Of a DNA stretch of 64,000 bases, positions 16,929-27,524 are shown piece after piece (within the stretch, counting starts at the first letter, position 1; every line of letters starts with the position of its first letter). The DNA is taken from IMG/VR virus record IMGVR_UViG_3300031758_000036, positions 1-64,000 of that record; one strand, 5' to 3'. Source of the DNA: a virus. The notes under the pieces are model-generated. The model was not told where the DNA came from. It worked only from the letters and a program-made list of their open reading frames with translations, and made no database searches. The position numbers were made by a program, and so were the translations under genes.

Positions 16929-17536
16929 TACCGTTTGATGATTATTACTGGTTACTGAAGAGAGAATTTCCTGGAGATAGGGAGTTCTCTATTGATAATT
17001 ATTGGTTATTACCGTATGAGTACATTATAGGAGCGGTAATAGCAAGTAGTGAGTTAAGGATGCAAAGATTGCATGAATATGAAAGGCCGATATCGATGTT
17101 AGCGGCGCAACAAGCAGAGATGAATAGGGACAAGAAAAGACGTAGAAAGCCATATGACTTAACTGATTTTTATATTTATATAAACGAAAGTCAAAATGAC
17201 TTACCTGATGGCGTTTATGGAGCATGTGCCGGTCGGTTAATTGCATTAAGCAAATATCCAAGTTGGGCGTTATTCTGTTATAATGATTTAAAGGTAAATG
17301 CGAAGGATTATACGGCACCTGAGGATAAGAATGTTGCGTTACTGTCAAGTGATGCTATTATTTTAGCGCCAAGGATACAGGATGATGTGTGCACTGGGAT
17401 GTTAATTGCATTACGAAGTGCATCGAATCAAATTGTAGAGTTTACTGACCTGCAGGGTGATACCATCAGGTTACTGATGCCTGAATTAAAGGGACAAGCA
17501 GTTGCGGATGAAGATGTGGAGCTCAGAATTGTCTAG
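16904..17536 (+). CDS. Tail assembly chaperone -1 frameshift extension (T part of GT)
   Basis: The -1 frame is open from the slippery site (AQGSEGDLIPFDDYYW...) through ORF 17060..17536. Confidence 0.75.
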   Translation, partial: AQGSEGDLIPFDDYYWLLKREFPGDREFSIDNYWLLPYEYIIGAVIASSELRMQRLHEYERPISMLAAQQAEMNRDKKRRRKPYDLTDFYIYINESQNDLPDGVYGACAGRLIALSKYPSWALFCYNDLKVNAKDYTAPEDKNVALLSSDAIILAPRIQDDVCTGMLIALRSASNQIVEFTDLQGDTIRLLMPELKGQAVADEDVELRIV

Positions 17537-17542
17537 CAAACA

Positions 17543-17965
17543 TTAAGCAACACTTAAATCTGTATCATTTGATACAGTTTTTGTTTTTATTAATGATTGA
17601 TGATCATTGTTCAGCCATTGTTTGATGCGCCATTCAGCATTTGCATCATAAAAAGACTGTTCTCGATACCATTCAACCCAATCGCGAGATGCTTTTGAGT
17701 GATTGCATGATACACATGCTGGTGTTACGTTATTTGTACGATCTGTTCCGCCTTTTGACTTTGGCCTGATGTGATCAATCGTTAAGCTAAGGTCATCAAT
17801 TGGAGGCTTACCGCAGTAAGCGCAACAATAATTCCATGCTTGTTTAACCGATTCTCGCCATTGCCTACGTGCTTCTTTGCGTGTCAAGGCGGACATATTG
17901 GATAAATAATCAGAAGAATGCTCGTACAAGGGGTAAATATCCCCAGCGGTCCATGGACCTAGCAT
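17543..17965 (-). CDS. HNH endonuclease
   Basis: CAYCG...LTIDHIRPKSKGG...NVTPACVSCNHSK. Confidence 0.9.
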   Translation of the reverse strand: MLGPWTAGDIYPLYEHSSDYLSNMSALTRKEARRQWRESVKQAWNYCCAYCGKPPIDDLSLTIDHIRPKSKGGTDRTNNVTPACVSCNHSKASRDWVEWYREQSFYDANAEWRIKQWLNNDHQSLIKTKTVSNDTDLSVA

Positions 17966-18082
17966 GTGATTATTTATTTGTATGGTTTTGGATGTTATAG
18001 CCAGTCAATCGAACCAAGGGGAGCTTAAAGATAGCCATATCTTGGTGTTAGAATGTTGACATATGTTTCCCATTTGGAGCAG

Positions 18083-18337
18083 TTAGTTCAACCAGGGCGC
18101 GTATTCTCCATCGACATATTGGTCTGCTTTTTTCTGCTTGCGAGCTAATCGTTCTTCAAGCTTTTTCTTCCTGGTTCTTGTCAATTCAAGTCGTTCGCGC
18201 CATTCTTCAGTTTTTTCTTTACTTATAGTTTTGATTGAGGCGGTAGCGGGTGGCAAGCCGTGTCCATTATGATGAACAGTGACTTTTTCCCTGTCGAATT
18301 CCATCTTTTTCACGGTGACTACAAGACAGTTTGCCAT
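18083..18337 (-). CDS. Hypothetical basic protein
   Basis: 84-aa ORF co-oriented with the HNH gene. Confidence 0.55.
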   Translation of the reverse strand: MANCLVVTVKKMEFDREKVTVHHNGHGLPPATASIKTISKEKTEEWRERLELTRTRKKKLEERLARKQKKADQYVDGEYAPWLN

Positions 18338-18377
18338 TCAGGCAACCTAAGGTCGGATTGTTTCTAATATTTCAACA

Positions 18378-18827
18378 GTGCCGCAACAATTAGTCACATC
18401 ACCTGAGGTCATTTATGACACCTTGACCGGTGATGCGACTTTTATGAATTACGTTGGCAGTTATATATTTGCTGATGGTGCAACCGTTCTCGACAGTATC
18501 AGTGTTCTCAGTCCTGGGCAAGATTTGCCTCAACTGAAGTCAATTACTGGTATGGAGGTAGTAATACATGATATTGGCCAAATTAACAGGATTGATTATA
18601 TCAGTGATGCATCTTCAAGTTTAGTAACATGGCGAATTTATCTAATTGCATGGCCGCCGGCCAATGGCGCCACATTAACTGCAGCAATGCGAAGGATCAT
18701 AGAACGCTTCAGTGGTGCTCGATCAATTGTTATTCCGATTGACCAGATTGATGTTGTTGGGCAGCAACTTGGCGCAGTAACACAAATATTAATAACGATA
18801 CCGGAATCATCTATTGTGATTCCATAA
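18378..18827 (+). CDS. Putative tail terminator protein
   Basis: Size and position upstream of the tail tube gene; IYDTLTGD N-terminus. Confidence 0.6.
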   Translation: MPQQLVTSPEVIYDTLTGDATFMNYVGSYIFADGATVLDSISVLSPGQDLPQLKSITGMEVVIHDIGQINRIDYISDASSSLVTWRIYLIAWPPANGATLTAAMRRIIERFSGARSIVIPIDQIDVVGQQLGAVTQILITIPESSIVIP

Positions 18828-18971
18828 TTTAAGGCAATTATTAGTGTTCCATTTCCTAGACAAAACCAGTCATATTTCCAGTTAAAGTAAATATTTTTGG
18901 AATTCTAGGGTAACGGGGAAATACTGCCCCGGAATTGTCCCTTCGTCCCGGATGATCTCCGGCAGGACCCA

Positions 18972-19583
18972 TTGGCCAACTATAGCGCGGCTTTTGGCTA
19001 CGATGTCTATATCGTGCCCATCAGCCTGAACTCTGTTGATACTGGATTCACCGGCATTACTACTGGTATTGGTGCCAGTGGTGGTTTCATCAATCTTGGT
19101 ACTTCGAATGCCAATGTGCTGTCGACCAGCAGCACTGTTGCTTACAGCAATGGTATTTTCACGGTTGAAGGTACGGCATTTGCGATGGACGGTACCGATG
19201 ACATCGCTCGTCTGTATGGCCTGACCAATGCGGCCCTGGAGACTGATACGAACTCCGAGGACATTGTTACTTACGACTCGGAGACCAAGGGCTTCAACGT
19301 CAGTATTGCTACTTCCAAGACTTGGAGTGTGTCGCTTTCTGGAGTGGCTGACTTCAAGGATGCTGGTTATCAGATCCTGCGTCTGACTGAGCAGAATACG
19401 GTGGCTGATGGCCTGCGTGTGAAGTTCGTCCGTCGTGGCCCTACAGGCACCGATGAGACGGTGTATGGCTATGGCACCCTGAATGGCTACACGGAGAGCA
19501 TTGAGGCCGGTTCTATCGTGTCCTGGGAGGCTACTGTCCAGGGTTATGGTCCGTATCGTATTGATATTGACGCCAACGCCTGA
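18972..19583 (+). CDS. Major tail (tube) protein
   Basis: TSKTWSVSLSG...YTESIEAGSIVSWEATVQGYG; C-rich codon usage like the capsid gene; followed by a terminator. Confidence 0.85.
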   Translation: MANYSAAFGYDVYIVPISLNSVDTGFTGITTGIGASGGFINLGTSNANVLSTSSTVAYSNGIFTVEGTAFAMDGTDDIARLYGLTNAALETDTNSEDIVTYDSETKGFNVSIATSKTWSVSLSGVADFKDAGYQILRLTEQNTVADGLRVKFVRRGPTGTDETVYGYGTLNGYTESIEAGSIVSWEATVQGYGPYRIDIDANA

Positions 19584-19604
19584 TTGTTTGCGGCAGTTAA
19601 TAGT

Positions 19605-19627
19605 GCCCCCGAAATGGGGGCTTTTTT
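19605..19627 (+). terminator. Rho-independent terminator
   Basis: GCCCCC-GAAAT-GGGGGC-TTTTTT. Confidence 0.85.
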
Positions 19628-19696
19628 ATTGGCAATATATCAGATTACAAGTGACAGCATATCGGCACCATAAACATAGGATACGTCTGCTGACGA

Positions 19697-22600
19697 ATGG
19701 CCGGAAAGGAATCGTTAAAGTTTGAAATTGACGTAGCGTTGGCTCCTGGTGCCAAGAGTGCATTCGTCAATCAGTTTAACACCCTGGGAGCGGAAGGTCA
19801 GCAAAATTTAATAAAACAATTCGAGAAATCGCAACTAAAACAAGAGATCATATTTGATCCCGTTTTTGAAGGCACTGACGTTAATAAAGTATTTAAAGGG
19901 TGGAGTGCTACTTTAAAGGAGGCGGGGTCTTTCGTTGATGTACTAAACAACAAGGCCGCTCAACTTGACAAGACGCAGGGAGGTAGTCTTACCAATTTAC
20001 GCCAACTTGTCAACTACTACAAGCAGCAAAGAGATTATCTAAACCCCATCCAGGTTGGCATAGACGGAATCGCCAGTAAGTCAAGGAAAATCAACCCGGA
20101 GTGGGCGGCTGCAAACGAAAAAGTACAGCAATTTAGTCGTCAATTAGCAATTGCTGGGGCATCTAATTTCTGGGAAAAGATCAAGGCTGAGTTAAACCTG
20201 GGGCCGTTATTGGCAGCAGGTAAAGCAGTCAACGAACTTGTTAATACATTTCAAAGTTTATCAATTATTGCTGGCCAAGTATTGGCCCCGATCAATACTT
20301 TAATCGATACACTGGGTCGCGTCCAACAGGTTGGTTTGCTTTTTGAAAGTATCGGACAGGGCCCTGCTGATGTTGCAAAAGTATTTGCAGATTCAAGCAA
20401 AATAGCATTAACCTATGGTACCAGTCTGAATGCAGTCAGGGATGGTTTCTCTCAATTAACGCCAACAGTCTTAGCGGCCGGCGGTACTCTCGATGATGTT
20501 TCAAATATTCTAGATGCATTGTCTAGTCGTTTTGCTGTTTTCGGTCTCAGTGCCGAAAAATCAAAACGTGTAATGAATGGTATCATCCAAGCCTTTGGTA
20601 AGGGTAAGTTGATGGCTGAGGAATTAACTCAGCAAATCAGTGAGGCAGATCCTGCGTTCAGGACCGACTTGGCTGGTGCTTTAAATATAACCGTAGCCGA
20701 GTTGGGAGAGGTTGTCAAGGCTGGTCAAATCACCAGCGATGTATTGATCGAAATATTGCCAAAAATAAAGAAGACATCTTCTACATTTGGTGAGCTTGGT
20801 GACAGCGCATTACAGGCATCTATTGCGCTGCTGCAAGGCAAAGTTACAGTTGAACAGCTCAAAAATCAAATTGACACGTTAAATCAATTAAATCTTGAGA
20901 ATCTGGCTGGCTTGTTTAAGCCATTACTGGCTTCATTCTTGGGTATACAAGCAGCACTGACTGATTTTACTACGGATTTACTAAAATTAGAGGCCACCAG
21001 ATTTATAATTGACATATTTAATTCACTTGCTATTATTATTACCGCTACGATTGCAGTAATCACTAAGTTAATTACAGCAATTGGGCAGTTGTTGAATCCA
21101 ATCTTTGGAATAGTGAATGCCATCGATTCGTTCGCACAAAGCTTAATTGGCATTAAGCCAATCGTTACAATAATAGCCGCTTTGCTTATTTCTGGTTTAG
21201 TGCAGTCGCTAGTGGCCACGGTTGGAAGTTTTAGCAAGGTAACAGCAGCCATTAACCTGTTTGGCGGCGTTTTAAGTGGCACCTTTAGTGGCGCTGCTGG
21301 CACGTTCAAGGCTGGAGCTGGAGCCATTAGGGCTGGCCTGGACGGGATCCGCACTGCTGCATCGAACGTTGGTCCTGCTATTTTGGGATTCGCCAACAAT
21401 TTAGCTGGGATAAACACAAAACAATTGCAAGCAGATGCCGCTGCCAGGGCTTATCGTCAATCATTAAGTTATCTGCCGGGATCATTAGTGAATGCAGCAG
21501 TCGCTGGCCAGCAACTGGGGCAAGCTAGTGCTGGTCTGGCGGCTGGAACTACAGGGGCAGCAGCAGGCGCTCAAAAACTCGCAAATGGCTCTAATACAAT
21601 GGCCAATGCTGCCAACGCAGCGGCAGCAGGTACCAACGCTTTTGCTAACGCCAGCGGCAGGCTGTATACTTCTACTGTAGTGCTGGCAGTGGCCGCCGTC
21701 GCGGCCGCTGCAGCATGGGTCGTTTATAATCGAAGAACGAAAGATGCCAAAGCAGAAAGCGAAACATTAGATGCTGCGCTTAAAAATATCAAGACTTCGC
21801 TGCTCGGTACTGAGACTGCTTATAGTAAATCGGCAGTTGCAGTTGACAACTACGCTGAAAAACTAAGTGCAGCTAAAGTAGTCGCAGATGATTTTTTTGC
21901 CAGCATTATCGCCGGATCAAAAACTGGACAAATTTTAGACGAAAGTAACGAAGATACAATTGTAGCCATATCTGAAGCTCTGCGAGTGGTAAATAAAGCA
22001 TTAGCGGACACTGAACCTGTGGCAAAAAAAGCAGAGCAAGCTATAAAGGCATACAATTCTGAAACCGCGAGTTCAGAGCAAACTGCGCTTGTAGTTGCAC
22101 AAGCAAAAGCAACGGTTCAATCATACGATGCGATTATTGCGTCCGCCAAGAAGCTAAGAGATGCTCTGGATAAAAAGGCAAAAACAAGCGGCAACGGTCT
22201 AACAGAGGAGGAGCGAAGAGAGCTTCTTCTTTTTAACGCTGTCATAGATAACACAATTAGGAAGCGCAAAGAACTCATAGAGTTAGCGAAATCAAAAAAT
22301 ATTCCCCTTGGTATTGACATAACTGGCGTAGATCTTGCCATTAATTCAACAGAAGAATTAAAAGCACAACTGAAATCTTTTAAGGAGATTGAAGCTAACG
22401 CCAAAATAGGTACTAAAGGCTATGAACAAGTACAGCAGGACATAAAAGGTATCGAGGGTATACTTAAAGCCCTTGAAACCAACTTTACTGAACTAAAAAT
22501 CAAGGTTCGCTTCGAAGAAGACAAAGCCAGTCTTGAGGGTGCAATTAATTATGCTAGTGCATTATTAGACAACTATAAGGCACAACAAGGCTACAAGCAG

Positions 22601-24415
22601 GCTGGTTTTGACTTATCAAGGAGCGAAGCAGAGTATAGGGTAAAAACAGCAGAAACGGAACTGGCTGCGCTAAAAGACAGAAAGGCCAGCACCGGTGCAA
22701 TCAAAGCAAAAGAAGATGAAATTGCACTTTTAAAGCAGGGCGTTATCGGGATAGAGAAGACAGCAATACAGGCTAGGATTACAGGCCTTGCGAGTGCACA
22801 AGCCCAAGAAAGGCAAATATTACTAGTCAAGCAACAGCAACAACAATTGGAAGCACAGGCTGCCGTAGCGCAAGCGCAGCGTATAGCAGCAGAATCTAGA
22901 TTAGCTGTATTAAAGGCAGAACAAAATCTGCTTAGCGCAGCATCAAAGGGAGCAACGCTACAAGAATTAACAAGTCTTTATGAGATTGTTGAAAAAACGA
23001 AAGAACAGGTTGCTATTAGCGATAGACTAGTCGCAGTTGAAAAGAATCGCCAAGCCAACCTTAGCGCAGTCCAGGCACTTGAACAATCAACATTAGACTA
23101 TAAACAAAAGACAGAAAAATCCACATTAGATGCGCAAGCCGCTCAATTGGGACTGAATACAGCAGTCAAAGATGGCGTAGCACCCGCGCAAAATATAGCA
23201 AATAGCTTCGACCAAATGGGAGCCAATGCAACCCAGTCCTCTGCTGAGATCAGAGGCAGCACTGCCGGAATTTCAGAATCGTATTCATCAGTAATAGGTG
23301 CAGTTGATATCTTGAATTCGAGTATAGATGATACTGGTGTTTCCGCCGCAGGAGCCGCCAGCCAAGTGAGTACTGCAACTAGTGCAATAACGGGAGCCCT
23401 AAATGGAGCAGGATCCTCTGCTACTGGGCTAGAAGGTAAGATTGATGATGTCGGTAATTCCATCCAAGCAACAGGGAGCAAGACAAGAGATTTAAATGCT
23501 AATTTATCCGCTGCACCAAAAGATGCTTATAATGAAATTACAAATCAGCTAGAGGCTGCTAACACAGCAGTTGGAGGCATTAGCGCCGATTTAGGCGCGG
23601 CAGGATCAGCGGCTGGTGGATTTAGCAGTAAAGTCAGTCCAATTGCGAGTAATCTATCTGATGCTTCGCAAGCTTCGGCTGGATTAAGTGGAAATATTTC
23701 AAAAATTCCAACCAGTACATTGAATAATATCGAGACTTCGTTCGCTGGTGCGGCAAAATCCGCAAGTTTGATCGCTAGCGCTGACGTTGCTGGCTCCGTA
23801 TCTGGTGCTCAAGCTCCTGCTAATAGCTTTGCCAATAGCATGGATGAGGCTAACAATGCTGTTCAGGGTGTTTCGGATAAACTGAAATCGCTTAATGGTA
23901 CTACGATTACAGTTAATGTTGATGTGCGCGGAGGATTGCCTGGCTACTGGACTGGTGGTCCAATTTCTGGCAATACTTTGGCCAGGGTTAACGAACTTGG
24001 CAAGGAGGCATTCCTGTCGGCCAGCGGTCGACTTTCGATGATTAATCGACCGGCTAACAGTACCTGGAGAGCCCCTAGTTCCGGTACGATTATACCTGCA
24101 CATCTTACTTCACTGCTAAACATCCCCAGGGGCGGCGTCAGCCTGCCTTCAGGTGCCTCTTCCAGGTTCCACAAGGCCACCCGAGGTAGCAATGGCGGTC
24201 GTAGCCTGGAAAGGGCAATTACCAGCGCTCTGAGGGGCTCCAGCGGAGCTGCTAGCAACGGCTACGAGGCTCGTTCTCAGGCAGCTCAAGCCGCGCAACT
24301 TGGTCGATTAACGTCAGCTATAAACGAACTGACACGCAAAAACTGGAATGTGGATGTGAAAGTCAGGAATACTGGAAATGCAGCCTATCTGGATGCGCTT
24401 AACCAGAGATTGTAA
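19697..24415 (+). CDS. Tail tape measure protein
   Basis: 1572 aa, Ala-rich helical; tape-measure motif QAFGKGKLMAEELTQQISE; C-terminal GG..VNELGKEAF. Confidence 0.92.
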   Translation: MAGKESLKFEIDVALAPGAKSAFVNQFNTLGAEGQQNLIKQFEKSQLKQEIIFDPVFEGTDVNKVFKGWSATLKEAGSFVDVLNNKAAQLDKTQGGSLTNLRQLVNYYKQQRDYLNPIQVGIDGIASKSRKINPEWAAANEKVQQFSRQLAIAGASNFWEKIKAELNLGPLLAAGKAVNELVNTFQSLSIIAGQVLAPINTLIDTLGRVQQVGLLFESIGQGPADVAKVFADSSKIALTYGTSLNAVRDGFSQLTPTVLAAGGTLDDVSNILDALSSRFAVFGLSAEKSKRVMNGIIQAFGKGKLMAEELTQQISEADPAFRTDLAGALNITVAELGEVVKAGQITSDVLIEILPKIKKTSSTFGELGDSALQASIALLQGKVTVEQLKNQIDTLNQLNLENLAGLFKPLLASFLGIQAALTDFTTDLLKLEATRFIIDIFNSLAIIITATIAVITKLITAIGQLLNPIFGIVNAIDSFAQSLIGIKPIVTIIAALLISGLVQSLVATVGSFSKVTAAINLFGGVLSGTFSGAAGTFKAGAGAIRAGLDGIRTAASNVGPAILGFANNLAGINTKQLQADAAARAYRQSLSYLPGSLVNAAVAGQQLGQASAGLAAGTTGAAAGAQKLANGSNTMANAANAAAAGTNAFANASGRLYTSTVVLAVAAVAAAAAWVVYNRRTKDAKAESETLDAALKNIKTSLLGTETAYSKSAVAVDNYAEKLSAAKVVADDFFASIIAGSKTGQILDESNEDTIVAISEALRVVNKALADTEPVAKKAEQAIKAYNSETASSEQTALVVAQAKATVQSYDAIIASAKKLRDALDKKAKTSGNGLTEEERRELLLFNAVIDNTIRKRKELIELAKSKNIPLGIDITGVDLAINSTEELKAQLKSFKEIEANAKIGTKGYEQVQQDIKGIEGILKALETNFTELKIKVRFEEDKASLEGAINYASALLDNYKAQQGYKQAGFDLSRSEAEYRVKTAETELAALKDRKASTGAIKAKEDEIALLKQGVIGIEKTAIQARITGLASAQAQERQILLVKQQQQQLEAQAAVAQAQRIAAESRLAVLKAEQNLLSAASKGATLQELTSLYEIVEKTKEQVAISDRLVAVEKNRQANLSAVQALEQSTLDYKQKTEKSTLDAQAAQLGLNTAVKDGVAPAQNIANSFDQMGANATQSSAEIRGSTAGISESYSSVIGAVDILNSSIDDTGVSAAGAASQVSTATSAITGALNGAGSSATGLEGKIDDVGNSIQATGSKTRDLNANLSAAPKDAYNEITNQLEAANTAVGGISADLGAAGSAAGGFSSKVSPIASNLSDASQASAGLSGNISKIPTSTLNNIETSFAGAAKSASLIASADVAGSVSGAQAPANSFANSMDEANNAVQGVSDKLKSLNGTTITVNVDVRGGLPGYWTGGPISGNTLARVNELGKEAFLSASGRLSMINRPANSTWRAPSSGTIIPAHLTSLLNIPRGGVSLPSGASSRFHKATRGSNGGRSLERAITSALRGSSGAASNGYEARSQAAQAAQLGRLTSAINELTRKNWNVDVKVRNTGNAAYLDALNQRL

Positions 24416-25176
24416 TGAGTGTAACAATTGGAAGTGTAACACTGAATACATTAACGGCGCAACCATTTGGTTACGACGAATCAGATACCAGTCGCGGTCA
24501 AACTGCTCGCAGGTTTGCAATTAGTGGTCTGGTCTCCCCTTCCGAATGGCTTGATTTATTAGACGAATACGATAATTGGCGTAATTCACGAATTGACGAT
24601 GAAGATCCTGCAATTTCTGCCGTCATTGGCACAACTGTAAATTTTAGCGGAACAGGCCCTGGGTCTCAGTCTTGGTCATCTGTGCAGTGTTGGTTTACTG
24701 CAGCGCCAAGCGCTGAACAACGTGGAGCCTGGTTGGCTGTTAACGTAGAGTTAGTTTCTGCAGTCGAAGCTTTACAGGTTTTACTTAAGCAACAAGAGGC
24801 AGAGACAGGCGGTGGAGGAGGTGGATCCACCTTAACGCCAGATTTTGGTACATTTGTGATCGGAGGCACGACATTAACATTAACAAAACCCCCAGATTCA
24901 TATGGGGCTGGTCCAGCCTTGGACTTGACAATAGGTGGAACTCATTACGTTTCAGGTACATTGACTGTTGTCATAAATAAAGATATAGAAGGTACCACAA
25001 ATCTTACTGGGTGGAATAACATAAAATCATGGTACGAAGCCACGATAACTACGACTCCATCCAGTGGTAGTTACTTTCCGGTCAGCGTTCCCAGTGCAAC
25101 TGCTGAACGTGTATTGATTGACGGAACACCAACTGATATATATACCGTTTCGGTTGTACTGGTGCAGGTAATTTAA
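24415..25176 (+). CDS. Putative distal tail protein
   Basis: Immediately after the tape measure gene; beta-rich with an internal duplication. Confidence 0.55.
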   Translation: MSVTIGSVTLNTLTAQPFGYDESDTSRGQTARRFAISGLVSPSEWLDLLDEYDNWRNSRIDDEDPAISAVIGTTVNFSGTGPGSQSWSSVQCWFTAAPSAEQRGAWLAVNVELVSAVEALQVLLKQQEAETGGGGGGSTLTPDFGTFVIGGTTLTLTKPPDSYGAGPALDLTIGGTHYVSGTLTVVINKDIEGTTNLTGWNNIKSWYEATITTTPSSGSYFPVSVPSATAERVLIDGTPTDIYTVSVVLVQVI

Positions 25177-25177
25177 G

Positions 25178-27487
25178 ATGGTACTTGATATTCGCGCACA
25201 AATCAATTGCAGCCTTGGTGATTTAATTGATGCCAGCATAAGCGATGACTATATTCAACAGAATGGATTGATAACAACTCAAGGGAGTTGCACGATAGAA
25301 GGCACGATTACACCGTCAATTGGAGAAATTGTAACATTTAGTTATACAAAAAACGGTCAGACTTATGATATTCCGCGTACATTACGCGTACTCAGCAGTT
25401 TCACCGATCCGTATCGCAATACTAGTAAAATTCAACTAGGCTGTAAATTTACATACCTTAATGACCTAAAAGAACCAGTTCGATGGGATGCCTTTTCCGA
25501 CCCGCAAAATAGCAATTACACTAGTTCTGATACGGAGATTGTAGTTATACCTATTTGGGCAAAATCAATAGCTCAGAGGTGCCTAGATGGGCTTGGTATA
25601 ACCCTGGCAGCAGGAAGCAATCTTAGTGTTTTGACAAATAGTTTTAGTATTAAGACATTTGACTACAGTTCTGGTTATGTGAATATATTAAACAATCTAC
25701 TGGTATCCGAGTCATATTGCGGATATTTAAACACTGACGAAAACTTAGTATTGTTTCCGATTCAGGTAGGTGGCGGAAGCGGTCCTTACATTGACGAAGA
25801 TAAGATGGTCGATGCTAGACCTGTAAATGTTGGAGATATACCGGCTGACGCTGTTTTCGTTTCCTATAGTACATTGGTATTAAAAAATGCAGGAGAAGAG
25901 CCAGATCCGCCGGATCCAGATGATCCCCCGCCGGACCCAGATGATCCACCGGCTCCAAACCAAATAACACCACCGCCACCAAATCCTGATATTGACCCGG
26001 ATACCGGCTTGCCTATTGATCCGCCAGTTCCAGGTGATCCGGATTATCCGGATTATGCGGCTGCAAAAGACGAATATCAGAAATGGTTGGAGTATTTTTT
26101 ACGTTTCAGGGAGGAAGAAGGCGGCCCTTCTTTCGCTGTACTTACTTACAAGGAGGATACAGTGAGTCCGACTGGTGAAACTACAACAGCAAAACTTACT
26201 GCGACCGTAGTCCATAATCCTGTAACAATTACGCGCTCTACTTACGAAGCAGTTGCAGTTCTGAATACTGAAGACGAATCGATTTCCCTTGAGGAAGAGA
26301 GGCTTGTGGCCGAAAGCACTGTGTCATCAAATATTTGTGGTATTATCGGTGCGGGTTATTACCAAGGTGTACTTGATGCTGCGTATGAGGCTAACCCCGA
26401 ATTCACCTCTCTGTACATCAGAGACTTCAATCTACTTGGCCAGTCTAATGTTTACATATTTAAGGAAATATTTTACTATGGCTGGGGTACCAGGACTATA
26501 GAATCTAAATACATAAGTGCGCTGCAAGTTGCCGCTGAAATGAACATGAAATGGGCATTCGTATTTGCGGGACCTGATGGCGAACTATACCTTTCATATG
26601 TGGGATTTTCCGGGTATTTGTTGTCAGAGCAGACAATAACTGATGAACAGAAAATTGAGGATTTCGCGTCAAATGTTACTTATTACTACAGATTATGGCA
26701 TCAAACTCTAGCCGGCCAGATAGCGACCGCCACCGCATCAGATGATGACAAAATAGAGAATACCCAGGCTGCTCGCAGTTATTTTGATGCTATCGCCAGA
26801 CAAGGGCTAGTCTTTGATTATTCGACAAGTAGCCTTTCGTTTAGCAAAGGCAATCCCACCAGGCCTGCTAAAGAAAAACTAGTTCTAGAGCAATATGTAG
26901 ATAAATCAGCAAATAAGATAATTACAAAGTCTGTCACGGATACTTCCAGTATTTTTCCTGAAGGCATTATTCCAGGGACGACACCTACGCCTACACCTAC
27001 GCCTACACCTACGCCTACGCCTACGCCTACGCCTACGCCTACTGGTGGTGATCAGCAAAGTGGCTCCGCAGATATAAAGAAAAACGACCAGAGAACTGAA
27101 AGCCAATCTAGGCTGGAATTTGTTGATGGCAACATTCAGGCAACCAGAAGGATAGAGTATCGGTTGCCTTATGCTCCAGACGATAGGTTTTTAAAGACTA
27201 CCGACGACAAATACTTTGCCATCCGGTCTGACGCGCCTCAAAAAGCGAATAAATACGGCAAAATTCAAAATGCATTGGTTTTCGGTAACAGAGCTGGGAT
27301 GAATGTAACAACAGTGCCGGAACTTTTGCCAAATCAGCCGTTTGCACCTATCGTGATTGAAGCAGGCGGCTTTGCTGCTATGTTCAGGACAAATGGTACT
27401 AGTTGGGCTCTCGATTCAACTGGCATCTTAGTAAGCACTGATGGATTGTTTTGTGGGGGAGTTGGGACTGTTTACCCAACTCCTTAA
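25178..27487 (+). CDS. Putative baseplate hub / tail tip protein
   Basis: 769 aa with Pro/Asp-rich and (TP)n linkers; function inferred from position. Confidence 0.55.
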   Translation: MVLDIRAQINCSLGDLIDASISDDYIQQNGLITTQGSCTIEGTITPSIGEIVTFSYTKNGQTYDIPRTLRVLSSFTDPYRNTSKIQLGCKFTYLNDLKEPVRWDAFSDPQNSNYTSSDTEIVVIPIWAKSIAQRCLDGLGITLAAGSNLSVLTNSFSIKTFDYSSGYVNILNNLLVSESYCGYLNTDENLVLFPIQVGGGSGPYIDEDKMVDARPVNVGDIPADAVFVSYSTLVLKNAGEEPDPPDPDDPPPDPDDPPAPNQITPPPPNPDIDPDTGLPIDPPVPGDPDYPDYAAAKDEYQKWLEYFLRFREEEGGPSFAVLTYKEDTVSPTGETTTAKLTATVVHNPVTITRSTYEAVAVLNTEDESISLEEERLVAESTVSSNICGIIGAGYYQGVLDAAYEANPEFTSLYIRDFNLLGQSNVYIFKEIFYYGWGTRTIESKYISALQVAAEMNMKWAFVFAGPDGELYLSYVGFSGYLLSEQTITDEQKIEDFASNVTYYYRLWHQTLAGQIATATASDDDKIENTQAARSYFDAIARQGLVFDYSTSSLSFSKGNPTRPAKEKLVLEQYVDKSANKIITKSVTDTSSIFPEGIIPGTTPTPTPTPTPTPTPTPTPTPTGGDQQSGSADIKKNDQRTESQSRLEFVDGNIQATRRIEYRLPYAPDDRFLKTTDDKYFAIRSDAPQKANKYGKIQNALVFGNRAGMNVTTVPELLPNQPFAPIVIEAGGFAAMFRTNGTSWALDSTGILVSTDGLFCGGVGTVYPTP
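26981..27043 (+). repeat. Hexanucleotide tandem repeat encoding (TP)n
   Basis: About ten (ACRCCT) units. Confidence 0.9.
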
Positions 27488-27524
27488 TCCAGCACCTTTA
27501 TTCTAGTTCTTAAGGGCTCAAGGC

